64,000 nucleotides of DNA from Calditrichales bacterium (GTDB lineage: Bacteria > Calditrichota > Calditrichia > Calditrichales > J004): the NCBI GenBank assembly GCA_965267575.1, contig OZ254086.1, forward strand, positions 320,001 through 384,000, read 5' to 3'. The position numbers and the translations under genes are program-made. Each line of letters starts with the position of its first letter. The first letter of the stretch is position 1. Below are positions 11,501 to 19,805 of the stretch, in pieces. A model generated the notes under the pieces. It did no database searches, was not told the DNA's origin, and saw only the letters and a program-made list of their open reading frames with translations.

Positions 11501-12060
11501 AACTGTATGCCGTAACGCAGCAAAACGCCCTGTATGTCATCGACCGCACGGATGGCTCCAACAGCAACATCGGCGCGATTAGCATGGACAACGTGCGCGC
11601 CCTGGCCATGGATGAAAACGGCCAGCTTTTGGGTATCGCCAGCGGCGAAAGCGAAGATCAGCTTGTGGTGATCAATCCGGCCAACGCGGTAGCCACGGTG
11701 ATTGGCGGCGCGGGTGTGAGCGGCTTAAACGGCCTGGCGGTTTATGGCACCAGCCCGGTCACTTCCCTTGAGGATGAAGCTTTGGCGCAACAGCCCAATG
11801 TATTTGCCCTGGAGCAGAATTATCCCAACCCGTTCAACCCGTCCACGGTGATAAGCTATGCCTTGCCCAAAGCCAGCACGGTATCGCTTTCCGTTTTTGA
11901 TGTAACGGGCCGTGAAGTGGCGCGACTTGCCGAAGGCAGCCAGCCGGCGGGCATCTACAGCGTCACCTTTGATGCGTCGGGTCTCTCCAGCGGACTCTAT
12001 TTCTACAAGCTGCAGGCCGGTAGTTTTGTGCAAACCCGCAAAATGTTGCTTGTACGATAA
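8527..12060 (+). CDS. Secreted M4 (thermolysin/bacillolysin) metalloprotease with inserted beta-sandwich module, Ig-like domain, beta-propeller and sorting tail
   Basis: FTP/PepSY-like propeptide ([19 protein letters not shown]), [42 protein letters not shown] tail. Confidence 0.92.
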   Translation: MRYSRFILICLSFLFLVSATVQASDAFKEARLQYIKDRELPAQIEFKQQAPTADTFFDGFRSRFKVSEENSFRVTAEQRDNLGQTHLRYKQYYKNVEVDAVQYILHTQNERVMKANGHLVRGLDLDVTPKLNEQRALERALNHVSAETYMWESKKNEAALKREQNDPQATFYPKAQLLVSAGRNTLKAENFRLVYRFDIYAQEPFGRYYVDVDAHTGEVVDQLTRIHTGDVDLLGESLYNGRVDMTGSDESFPSILPAVWHLDDFNAYGGEGFSWWMGDEGIGGYDNDWYKVLDTDPVYLENGGTLTFVHRYGLEEPGGEPAGYNGWDGINVRISTDGGYTWEVLTNPSVAYSRSSLYSFGFQHGEGEGVPGWTGVQNSWTEVSFDLSAYANQNARIRFAFASDPGYATADNSALFGWQVDNIEIKDGNDASVLSNSGVADFVTARNKEEIVPGKYRLRSVARSGVYTFDALNGTSYSLAVDVVDNDSLFADSRHGAGVSAHWGSEKSYDYFYIYHGRDSYDDNGSPILSYVHFDDGYFNAFWDGQRMTFGDGTSNASPLTSVDVVAHELTHGVTGNSAGLIYRDESGALNESFSDIFGTAVEWYAEGESFDYLIGEDFQTLRSMSSPNQFGDPDTYQGQNWNFDPNFDNGGVHINSGVQNKWFHLLVEGGSGTDDNGRSYTVSGIGMEKALQISYRNLTVYLTPSSEYFDARLGAINSAADIYGGDSPEYQAVIDAWDAVGVYYPTFEPNIVADADTLNFLAEAGVGVDNGKVSFTNYGLDTLEITSVELVNNNGFTIEAELNLPLELTYEQSLTLNLLFAPVEAGSQVTELTMQTNDPANPTMVIALNGKGYAISAAQEGTIYAVSSASAVYNVDASGAASKLGDSGFEEITGMAVRTSNKELIGFMLDNSSTRLVRINSAGGDAYLFRDVDETQLRAMAFDSDSDSLFAMRYTSGQLYHVDINSGAATAIASTGIRRVESMTLDPISGKLYAVTQQNALYVIDRTDGSNSNIGAISMDNVRALAMDENGQLLGIASGESEDQLVVINPANAVATVIGGAGVSGLNGLAVYGTSPVTSLEDEALAQQPNVFALEQNYPNPFNPSTVISYALPKASTVSLSVFDVTGREVARLAEGSQPAGIYSVTFDASGLSSGLYFYKLQAGSFVQTRKMLLVR

Positions 12061-12085
12061 ACGGACTTTAAAAAGTCCACTCTCG

Positions 12086-12113
12086 GAAGGCCGTCCATTG
12101 GGCGGCCTTTTTT
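12086..12113 (+). terminator. Rho-independent terminator after the M4 gene
   Basis: AAGGCCGTCC-ATT-GGGCGGCCTT hairpin followed by a T run. Confidence 0.8.
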
Positions 12114-12159
12114 GTTTGCGTGGAATAAAAGAAAGGTTTGAAGTTAATGGTCTTGGGGT

Positions 12160-12284
12160 TATTAACGACCTTCAGGATAAGCGGCGCAATGCGCTCTCCA
12201 TGTTAGTGATGAATTAAATGGTAACTCAAATCTATAAACCAAGCAAGGCCAGTGAGTTGCGTCCGCTTGATGCCGTGGTTATGC
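12160..12284 (-). other. attC site of cassette 3
   Basis: Minus strand: R'' GCATAAC ... AAGCGGACGCAA / TTGCGCCGCTT inner arms ... R' GTTAATA. Confidence 0.8.
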
Positions 12285-12353
12285 GACAATGAGTCGTGAT
12301 GGAAACACTTCCCTCTGTTTAGATTATTCAGTTCTAAAATTGCGACAAAGCGT

Positions 12354-13163
12354 TTAAAACTCAACAGTTGGTTCCGGTTGATACAAAACATTAGTGTATT
12401 CACCCATAGCTGCGAGGCCCTGATTAATCCATTCGACCAAGCCGCTGTTGACTTGCGGCAATAGCGAAACTTCCACGACAAGCATCGTAAAGAGGCCTAT
12501 CCAATATACCCGATGAACGGCTCCGTGAGAAAACCAGTCATATAGGATCCCGATAATTATAAATAAACTACAACTGAGGGCGCCTATTGGCAGGGACAAG
12601 GGATGAAAACCGCTTAGGAACAGAATCAATCGAAAGAAACCAGCTCCAAGACCTATTGCGCTGGCAATAATAATCAGTCTCTTGTGAGCCTGAAGACGGT
12701 TCTTTATGGCCATATAAATACCGGCAGAGTAGAATAAAACGAAAAGAACCAGATTCGAAAGTATCAGCGCACCATAAAGTAACCACACCTGGGGCTCTCC
12801 TGTACGCATTGCCTCTTCTACACGGACGGTCAGTACAAGGATGCCGGTCAGCGTCATTATAATAACTAACACAATACTAAACCGACCCAGGGTCATATGC
12901 AGGGTATCCTTTCCCTTGGCCATCAATATTGCTTGGAGGGGAAACAGCAGATACCAAAGAAAAAAGGACCAACCATGCAGGTGTAAGGGAAACCCCGCCG
13001 GTGCATATGTGCCACTAATAATTGGTCCAAAATACGTGAAAGAGAATCCCGCAAAACCGGTTATACTGATCAGAATGGCAAGCGCTGGATAAAAGAGGTA
13101 ATCTCTATTTGTTTGTATTGTGCTTAGATTCATTTTTCCCAGAATACTCATCCGTAATCCCAA
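12354..13163 (-). CDS. Cassette-encoded multi-pass membrane protein with several His residues in or near TM helices
   Basis: About seven hydrophobic segments; HLHG, LHMTLG, AHKRL. The start could be ATG 13151 or further downstream. Confidence 0.75.
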   Translation of the reverse strand: MGLRMSILGKMNLSTIQTNRDYLFYPALAILISITGFAGFSFTYFGPIISGTYAPAGFPLHLHGWSFFLWYLLFPLQAILMAKGKDTLHMTLGRFSIVLVIIMTLTGILVLTVRVEEAMRTGEPQVWLLYGALILSNLVLFVLFYSAGIYMAIKNRLQAHKRLIIIASAIGLGAGFFRLILFLSGFHPLSLPIGALSCSLFIIIGILYDWFSHGAVHRVYWIGLFTMLVVEVSLLPQVNSGLVEWINQGLAAMGEYTNVLYQPEPTVEF

Positions 13164-13199
13164 ATATCTTTAATATACTGATTTTGAATAGCATGAGCC

Positions 13200-13323
13200 G
13201 CATAACGCTGCATTTCAGCCGCCGCCTCGACGGACTATCGCGCATTAACTAACTTCATATTAACTACCTAATATTCCAAGACCACCATGCTTCGCTCGGT
13301 CGGCTGCAAATGTTTTGTTAGGG
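13200..13323 (-). other. attC site of cassette 2
   Basis: Minus strand: R'' CCCTAAC, CATTTGCAGCCGACCG ... GGCGGCTGAAATG, R' GTTATGC; one extra base on one arm, as expected for attC. Confidence 0.9.
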
Positions 13324-13334
13324 CCCTTGGATCT

Positions 13335-14447
13335 TTACGCATTTTTAAAACTAAAATAAAAATGTTTATCACCTATTGGTATACCACTTTTTTGAAGCAT
13401 CAATTCTTTCATTAATTCTGGGCTTATACCAAAAATATATTTTTTATCTTTTTTTAGCTGTATTTTAAAATATTTATTAGTAGGGGTTAAATTAGGATTC
13501 TTTATTAAAATACAATTTCCTTCTTTTTTAGAAATAAATGCAAAATACTTTGATTTGCACAAATTAAAATACTTTCTCAATTCATTATTCCACTTATTTT
13601 CCCACTCTTGACGCCCTAAAATCATACTTTCTGAATTCATCAATATTTTGGGATGTTTCGTTATACTAGATGAAGTAACCCAAACATTATCCCTAACTAA
13701 ACATGTTATAATATCAATAAATTCATATTCTTTTAAATCCCGTGTTATTTCTTCTTTGTTCGAAAATTGTATTGTAAAATTTGATAAATCAGGTGGATAT
13801 AAGATATAAGTTATATCTTTGTGCCAAAAAAATCCCTCCTTATCAATACCTGCTCCAAATATGCCCCCACCTACATTCGATTTCATTAAAGGATTATGAA
13901 TGCCTAAATATTGCATAAAGCATAGCATGGATTGTAGCAAATGTTCAGAATCTATATTGCCGCTCTTCATATAATTCAAAAGGCCTTCTATAATAATTCT
14001 TATCTCATTATTCAAACTTCCCATTGATGCTAAAGAATCAAAAGAATGAAAAATTTCTGGCTCCTTATTAAACCATCCCATAAGAAAGGAATCTTTTTCA
14101 CTATTATATCCCATTAATATAAATTTTGTGGGTTGTTCAATTAAGGTTGGATTTGATTTAGATATTTCTACTAATGATTCTTGAATGTCCATATAGGATA
14201 GTTTTATCTTTAATTCGGAAACAATTTTTTGTGCTGTAGTAACATCTCCACTATAGGATACAGCTATGTAATTTGTTAAAGGAATAATTTTTACGCCAGT
14301 TTCTTCGACAACTTCGCCTTTAATATTTCTCTCTTGGAGTTCTCCGAATGACGAGAATGACTCAGTTGGTTCTTTGTAGTGAGTTATAGCTGTATCGCTT
14401 ATACAGAATACTGAATTTTGATGTTTCCATGCCAAAACGTATGTCAT
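13335..14447 (-). CDS. Cassette-encoded hypothetical protein, probable Ntn-hydrolase (proteasome beta/Anbu-like) N-terminal domain
   Basis: Starts MTYVLAWK...ISDTAIT, later GVKII, SYSGD, MGS, VGGG; very AT-rich. Confidence 0.6.
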   Translation of the reverse strand: MTYVLAWKHQNSVFCISDTAITHYKEPTESFSSFGELQERNIKGEVVEETGVKIIPLTNYIAVSYSGDVTTAQKIVSELKIKLSYMDIQESLVEISKSNPTLIEQPTKFILMGYNSEKDSFLMGWFNKEPEIFHSFDSLASMGSLNNEIRIIIEGLLNYMKSGNIDSEHLLQSMLCFMQYLGIHNPLMKSNVGGGIFGAGIDKEGFFWHKDITYILYPPDLSNFTIQFSNKEEITRDLKEYEFIDIITCLVRDNVWVTSSSITKHPKILMNSESMILGRQEWENKWNNELRKYFNLCKSKYFAFISKKEGNCILIKNPNLTPTNKYFKIQLKKDKKYIFGISPELMKELMLQKSGIPIGDKHFYFSFKNA

Positions 14448-14471
14448 AATATTAACCTATTATATTATGTG

Positions 14472-14576
14472 CCCTAACGCTGGGCATAACGCGCTGGGCA
14501 ATACACTGTCTAAGCCCATGCACTTCTCGAATTGGCTAAAGGCGTGATCCAGTCGCCGTTGATGCCCTTGTTATAA
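14472..14576 (-). other. attC site of cassette 1
   Basis: Minus strand: R'' TTATAAC, GGGCATCAACGGCGACTGG ... CCAGCGCGTTATGCCC, R' GTTAGGG. Confidence 0.9.
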
Positions 14577-14591
14577 GCTACAAAAGTTAAA

Positions 14592-15095
14592 TTAAATGCC
14601 ACCATTTTCAGTTTTGTAGTATTTCCATTTTTTGGTTTTACAATTGAACTTAAAAAATATAGTAGTCCAATCACTTAAAGAAATGGAATAGTTAAGATTG
14701 ATCTGATTCTTGGAAACATTTTTAACTAATTTCCCATGATATGGAATAACAGTAATTTCAATCAGATCATTTTTGACTTTTAGTGGAAATATTTTCACTT
14801 GAATTAACGTGTTACCATTTTTATTGTAAATATATTCTTTATTTGTATCGGTTAAAATTGTGATCTCTTTTCCATTTACTAAGTCTGGTATATTTTTAAA
14901 AAGACTAGTTTCTTCAAGATAGATAGTTTCATATTTAAATGGATTGACAGAATATCTTGAATAAAATGAATCTATTTCGACTGTGTATTTTTCCAATGCA
15001 ATTAAATAAAGGGAATCATTTTCACTCACAGATTGTGCCTTGATGAAAATCATTGGCAGAAATATAATAACTAGTATTAATTGTGATTTTTTCAT
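14592..15095 (-). CDS. Cassette-encoded small secreted hypothetical protein
   Basis: Signal peptide MKKSQLILVIIFLPMIFIKA|Q; AT-rich; bounded by the attI-like site and an attC. Confidence 0.8.
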   Translation of the reverse strand: MKKSQLILVIIFLPMIFIKAQSVSENDSLYLIALEKYTVEIDSFYSRYSVNPFKYETIYLEETSLFKNIPDLVNGKEITILTDTNKEYIYNKNGNTLIQVKIFPLKVKNDLIEITVIPYHGKLVKNVSKNQINLNYSISLSDWTTIFFKFNCKTKKWKYYKTENGGI

Positions 15096-15115
15096 TCTAT
15101 CATTTCACAGTTAAA

Positions 15116-15242
15116 GCTTATAACAAGTATTAGACGTACTAAAATCCATGTTATAACATTCCTAATTATGAAAATTTATATGTGGAAAAAATTCCATATA
15201 AGACGCCTATAGCGTGGTATAGATGGAAAATTTTCCATATAA
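15116..15242 (-). promoter_or_regulatory. attI-like site with upstream repeated motifs
   Basis: Core GTTATAA (15124-15118) preceded by CGTCTAATACTT, with no attC-type long palindrome. Two 19-nt near-identical repeats (15183-15201, 15224-15242) lie upstream. Confidence 0.6.
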
Positions 15243-15387
15243 AAACACGGTTTTAGTAACCCTATTTTATTTTACACTAATATAACCACGAATATCTGAA
15301 ATAACAGCTTTTTCTGCACCGTTTAACAAATATCCCAGCCTTTAATATTGGCGTTTGATTTTGTCTTTCAGGCAACTTTGTTTGCGG

Positions 15388-15496
15388 AAACCGATGAATC
15401 GGTTTGGAGAGTATTATGTGCGTTTGTACCCACGTCTGAAGTCGTGGGATAAGGGTTTCAGAGGCAGATCATTAACCCATGACTTAAGTCATGGGT
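15388..15496. repeat. REP-like palindrome cluster
   Basis: AAACCGATGAATCGGTTT (15388-15405), CCCACGTCTGAAGTCGTGGG (15429-15448), perfect 22-bp ACCCATGACTTAAGTCATGGGT (15475-15496). Confidence 0.75.
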
Positions 15497-15518
15497 AGGA
15501 AAAAAAGACAAGACAGCA

Positions 15519-15707
15519 GGATGGGCAGGATTTATTATATGGCAAATTCGGCGCGAAATCATGTCCCCCTTAGAAAAGGGGGCAAGGGGGTTGTCCTTCA
15601 CCTATAATGGCAAAAGCCGCATTTACAACCCCTCAATCCCCTTTGTTAAGGGGAAAGCAGGTACTCAGGTTATTTATAAAACTTAATTTCTTTTATCCTG
15701 CCCATCC
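15519..15707. repeat. Nested miniature inverted-repeat elements
   Basis: Outer perfect 13-bp IR GGATGGGCAGGAT (15519-15531) / ATCCTGCCCATCC (15695-15707). Inner imperfect ~30-bp IR (15564-15594 / 15625-15654), each arm with a CCCCTT-Nn-AAGGGG hairpin. Confidence 0.75.
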
Positions 15708-15728
15708 CGTTAATCCTGTCAAAACATA

Positions 15729-18700
15729 CTACCTAAGCAAGATCATCTTGCGCACGGCGCGGTAGCCCTGGGCCTCTATGCGGTAGAAGTATGTGCCGGA
15801 AGCTACCTCTCGGCCCAGATGGTCACGGCCGTCCCAGACCACTTCATGCCTCACGCCGGCGGAGTATTTACGGGCATCCAGCAGACGCCGCACGATGGCG
15901 CCGCGGATATCGTAGATAGTCAGATTCACCGGCGCGTTTTCCGCCAGGCTAAAGGCGATCCGCGTAGTGGGGTTAAAGGGATTGGGGTAATTGGGCATAA
16001 GGTTAAACCGCGCGGGCCCCTTCACAAAGGATTTCTCCAGCGTGGTCAGCGTTCCCTGGATCTCGATATTGTCGATGGCCCAGCCCCAACCGTTCACAAA
16101 CGGGTCGGCAAAGAGACGGAAACGGATCAGGATCGTATCACCGGCGCTGAAATGATCCAGTAAATTCAGCTCGTGGTCCACGTAGAGATCAAATTCGCCA
16201 TCCTGGTCGTTTGTGTAGGCATCCAGCCAGGCCTGATCGTAACGGGCATCGTAGCCGTCGGCCAGCGGAATCCAGTCCGCCGCGTTCTTCGTGGCCTCCA
16301 CAACCACGTAATCCCAGAAATCTTCATCACCAAACTGGCTGCCGGATTCACCCGGTTCAATCAGCGCGATGTCGCGGTAGCGCATAAAGGCGTTATCGGC
16401 GCTAACCTTGATCGGGCTGGACAACGTATAGGTAATGCCGCGGTCGTTTTCATAAGGGTGATCGCTGTGAATGGCCCAGTCGCGGTTAAACTTATTGACC
16501 AGTTTGCGTTGAAAGCCCTCGCCGAAGAAATCCTCATCGCCGCCATCGCTGAAGTCATTGGTATAGGTATCGCGCGGGGCGGCCAGAATGTAAAATTCCG
16601 CGTCGCGTTCTTCACTGCGCAAAGGGCGATCGTCTTCATACGAAACCAGCTTCAGGGTGACCGTTTGCGATTCCTGCCCGTCAAAAGGCGCCACGAACGT
16701 GGTATCCCCTTCGGCGGAAGCGCCCAGCGAATAAATCCATACATCATTGGCATACACGCGCGTGGAGTCGTAATTGCCGCGCAGCGAAGCATTGATTTCA
16801 AAACCGGGTAGAGGGTTGTATTGCGCGCTGTTGAAGCGCGGAGATAAAGCTACTTTGGGAGGCTCATAACCGGAAAGCTGCCCCAGGCTGATCGTCCAGA
16901 TGCCGCGGCCGTGTGTCGCCGCCACCACCTGGTCATTGACAATCTTCAGCTCAAAAACCGAAACGTTGGGCAGGTTGCCGGCCAGCGGGTGCCAGCTCGC
17001 GCCATCATCGCTGGATTCAAAAATGCCGATATCCGTTCCCGCCCACAGGATGTCCGTATCGGGGATATCCACCAACGAATAGACCGCCACATCGGGGAAG
17101 CCATTGTTGCTGCTGCTGCCGGAGCCGAAGCCGCTGATGTCTTCCCAGCTGCCGCCCCAGTTGGTCGTGCGCAGAATTTTTGGCCCCTGGGCGTAAGAGA
17201 ATAAGGCATAGGCCGTCTGCTCATCCGTGGAGTGCGTGGCAATACCGCTGATGCGTCCCAGCGGGTTTTCGTTGTAGCCGCTTACCGTGCTAAAGGTGTA
17301 GCCGCCGTCCGTGGACAGATAGAGGCGATCGTTGCTGTTAAAGTTGCGCCCTGCCCAAATGGTTTGCGGGTTGGCCGTAGAGATTTCGATATGGGTAAAA
17401 CTGCTGGTGCCGACCCAGCCGGCGGGACTGGCCACAAGCTCCCAGCTGCTGCCAAAATCGGCCGAGCGGTAAATGCCGGAAGCCCCCGCCGCAAAAACCA
17501 CATCCGGGTCCTGCTGCGATCCGGCGATCTTGGTGTAAAAAGGCGCGTTGCCGCTGCCCGTTTCAAGGCCAATCGTGGCGGAACTAAACGACTGCCCGCC
17601 ATCGCTGGATTTGGAGATGCCGTTAAACTGGCTGGAGGCCAGGATCAGGTCGGGGTTCGTGTAATGCCAGACGGTCTGGAATCCATCGCCGCCTTTGCGC
17701 ACAATCCAGTTGGAGCCGGCATCCGCATCAACACCGGCCGGCGACTGGTACGTATTGTTGTCCTGCATGCCGCCAATGTATTCGCTGGCGCCGTTTTTCT
17801 TATCCACGCCGTAAAACTGCGAGGTGTTGTAGCCGTTTTCCGTGTGGCTGAATGTGCTGCCGCCATTATCCGAGTAAGAGACGCCACCGTCATTACAAAC
17901 AATCATGCGGTAGCTTTGCGATGCCGAATCGGTTACGACCATGACGATATTATGCTGGTCAACATGCACGCCCTTGCTGCTGCCGCCAAATTGCCCGTAT
18001 CCGTCGGTTACAACCGTTGTTTCAATTTTGTCATCATTCTCCACATCGATGCGCCACAGGTTTATGCCCCCAACAAAAACGATGTCTTCATCAAAGGGAT
18101 GCACATTGATGGTATTGTCGTACCAGCCCTGGCCGCCCAGCCAGTTGTAGGCGCTGCCGGTTTTTTCCGAGGCTGCCGCCCAGGTCTGACCATAGTCGCG
18201 CGAGATGTAGAGCGTAGCTCCGGTGCCTGACGCACCTCCATCAGCTGAAATATAAAGCCGTGATGGATCGGTGGGCGCCACAGCAATCTCCATCCGCCCA
18301 ACGCCGCTGAACGGCGCGGAAACGAGGCTCCAGCTTTCACCGCCGTCCTCAGAGCGCGCCACGCCCGTGCCCTTAACCGTGGCATATTGCCGGCTGAAAT
18401 CGGTCGGGTCGGCGATAAGGTGCTCTATGCGACTGCTGTTGCTGTATTCTTTGCTCCAGTTTGCACCGCCATCTGTGCTTTTCCAGATACCGGAAGAAGA
18501 GGCCGTGGAGCTGTTGTGGTTAAATCCGGCGGCCGTGGAAGCCAGAATGATATTTTCATTATCCGGGTCGATGGCCAGCCGCGTCACATTCTGGAAATCC
18601 AGATTGGAGGTGCTTTGCAGCAGTTGCCAGCTGGCGCCGCGATCCGTTGTTTTCCAGATGCCGCTGCCGTCAACCTGGTCCACGTTGCCAAAGCCCTCGC

Positions 18701-19292
18701 CTGTTCCCACGTACATCACATCGGGATTGGATGGCGCCTGCACGATCGCACTGGTGGCAAAATTGCCCAGATCCGGCGTCATTAGCGTCCAGCTTTGGCC
18801 GGCATCCGTTGTTTTCCACACCCCGCCGCCAACCGAACCGGCATAAAAGGTGCCGGCCGTCGGATCATCGGCATCCACAACCAGGCCGCGCGTGCGTCCC
18901 GAAACATTGCCCGGTCCGCGCTCCACCCACGTAGCCAATCCGCTGCTTTTTTGCAGTGTGCTTTTGCGCTGCTGCCACTCGGCGATGCTGCTCACATTAT
19001 AGGCCTTCAGCAACTCGCTAACGCGATAATTGAAAGGATATGCCGGCCCGCCCTCGCGGTAACGAATGCCATAAAGGTATTCATAAAATTTATCCGGGGC
19101 ATCCATCCGCAGCATGCCTTTTACGCGCTGCTTGCGTTGGGCAACTGCCTCATCCGCCTGCGCTTTCTTTTCGATCGCCGCCTTGCGGATAGTGGCATCA
19201 TCGCTAATAACCGGTGCTTTGGTCAGAATATGCTGCAGGCCGGTAAAAGCCGCGGCAAGGATGATCAGCGTGATAAACAGACGCTTGGCCAT
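15729..19292 (-). CDS. Large secreted Asp-box/BNR (VPS10/GH74-like) beta-propeller protein with beta-sandwich module and sorting tail
   Basis: WVERGPGNVSGRTR, many S/T-x-DGG-x-S/T-W repeats, [18 protein letters not shown] tail. Start at ATG 19292 (the ORF track uses TTG 19307). Confidence 0.85.
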   Translation of the reverse strand: MAKRLFITLIILAAAFTGLQHILTKAPVISDDATIRKAAIEKKAQADEAVAQRKQRVKGMLRMDAPDKFYEYLYGIRYREGGPAYPFNYRVSELLKAYNVSSIAEWQQRKSTLQKSSGLATWVERGPGNVSGRTRGLVVDADDPTAGTFYAGSVGGGVWKTTDAGQSWTLMTPDLGNFATSAIVQAPSNPDVMYVGTGEGFGNVDQVDGSGIWKTTDRGASWQLLQSTSNLDFQNVTRLAIDPDNENIILASTAAGFNHNSSTASSSGIWKSTDGGANWSKEYSNSSRIEHLIADPTDFSRQYATVKGTGVARSEDGGESWSLVSAPFSGVGRMEIAVAPTDPSRLYISADGGASGTGATLYISRDYGQTWAAASEKTGSAYNWLGGQGWYDNTINVHPFDEDIVFVGGINLWRIDVENDDKIETTVVTDGYGQFGGSSKGVHVDQHNIVMVVTDSASQSYRMIVCNDGGVSYSDNGGSTFSHTENGYNTSQFYGVDKKNGASEYIGGMQDNNTYQSPAGVDADAGSNWIVRKGGDGFQTVWHYTNPDLILASSQFNGISKSSDGGQSFSSATIGLETGSGNAPFYTKIAGSQQDPDVVFAAGASGIYRSADFGSSWELVASPAGWVGTSSFTHIEISTANPQTIWAGRNFNSNDRLYLSTDGGYTFSTVSGYNENPLGRISGIATHSTDEQTAYALFSYAQGPKILRTTNWGGSWEDISGFGSGSSSNNGFPDVAVYSLVDIPDTDILWAGTDIGIFESSDDGASWHPLAGNLPNVSVFELKIVNDQVVAATHGRGIWTISLGQLSGYEPPKVALSPRFNSAQYNPLPGFEINASLRGNYDSTRVYANDVWIYSLGASAEGDTTFVAPFDGQESQTVTLKLVSYEDDRPLRSEERDAEFYILAAPRDTYTNDFSDGGDEDFFGEGFQRKLVNKFNRDWAIHSDHPYENDRGITYTLSSPIKVSADNAFMRYRDIALIEPGESGSQFGDEDFWDYVVVEATKNAADWIPLADGYDARYDQAWLDAYTNDQDGEFDLYVDHELNLLDHFSAGDTILIRFRLFADPFVNGWGWAIDNIEIQGTLTTLEKSFVKGPARFNLMPNYPNPFNPTTRIAFSLAENAPVNLTIYDIRGAIVRRLLDARKYSAGVRHEVVWDGRDHLGREVASGTYFYRIEAQGYRAVRKMILLR

Positions 19293-19309
19293 GGTATGTC
19301 CTTTCAATG

Positions 19310-19711
19310 TTACAGGGATTTCTTTTTAAGACTATTGCAATCGAAAATATAGCCGTGGGCTTTTGACTCTTTTGCCTCAGATACAATGCCGGGCGTCGTG
19401 CTTACCCGCAGACGGGTGGCGTCAAGCCATTCGACGTTTGCGGAAGCCAGGTTGTCTTCAAAAATGACTTCTCCATTCTCGTGGCTGTAAACGAAAAACT
19501 TAAGAAACGGGTGTGGATTCATTGCGTCCGGTTGCGGCTGTTCAATCACGATGGAAAAGCTGCTGTCGGCATTGGGCATAATCGTGGTTGGCTGCATGGA
19601 GCGTGCCGCGGCTGATTGCTCAATAGCCCCGCGGGCATCTGTTTGGACCTGCCGCGTGCAGCAAGCGGCAATCACAAAAACGATGACAACAAAAAGCACA
19701 TGACGGTGCAT
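19310..19711 (-). CDS. Small putative lipoprotein
   Basis: MHRHVLFVVIVFVIAACC lipobox-like; GGAGA RBS before ATG 19711. Confidence 0.7.
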   Translation of the reverse strand: MHRHVLFVVIVFVIAACCTRQVQTDARGAIEQSAAARSMQPTTIMPNADSSFSIVIEQPQPDAMNPHPFLKFFVYSHENGEVIFEDNLASANVEWLDATRLRVSTTPGIVSEAKESKAHGYIFDCNSLKKKSL

Positions 19712-19805
19712 GATATCTTCTCCGTAAAAAAAGGCAATATCTTTAATTTTTAAGAATATGCCAATTCTTTTTATATTCTGCGCTTCGCCAAAAAAGGACC
19801 TGCTC

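Larger units (their letters stand above)
12160..15242 (-). mobile_element. Integron gene-cassette array (3 cassettes, attI-like site, no integrase gene; CALIN-like)
   Basis: Three co-oriented AT-rich ORFs, each followed by an attC-type imperfect palindrome. Each cassette's R'' box is complementary to the GTT core at its own 5' boundary. Confidence 0.9.

Noticed and set aside
12203-12481. 92-aa ORF that could be a fourth cassette gene
   Set aside because: Overlaps the 269-aa gene and runs into the attC; it has no cassette boundaries of its own.
15388-15707. Possible CRISPR array
   Set aside because: The palindromes differ from each other, are not regularly spaced direct repeats, and no cas genes are present.
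15243-15728. Possible intI gene or remnant
   Set aside because: No ORF of 60 aa or more in the track and no tyrosine-recombinase motifs seen; the region is filled with short inverted repeats.
17232-18230. 332-aa plus-strand ORF
   Set aside because: Antisense to the Asp-box protein; codon-bias artefact.
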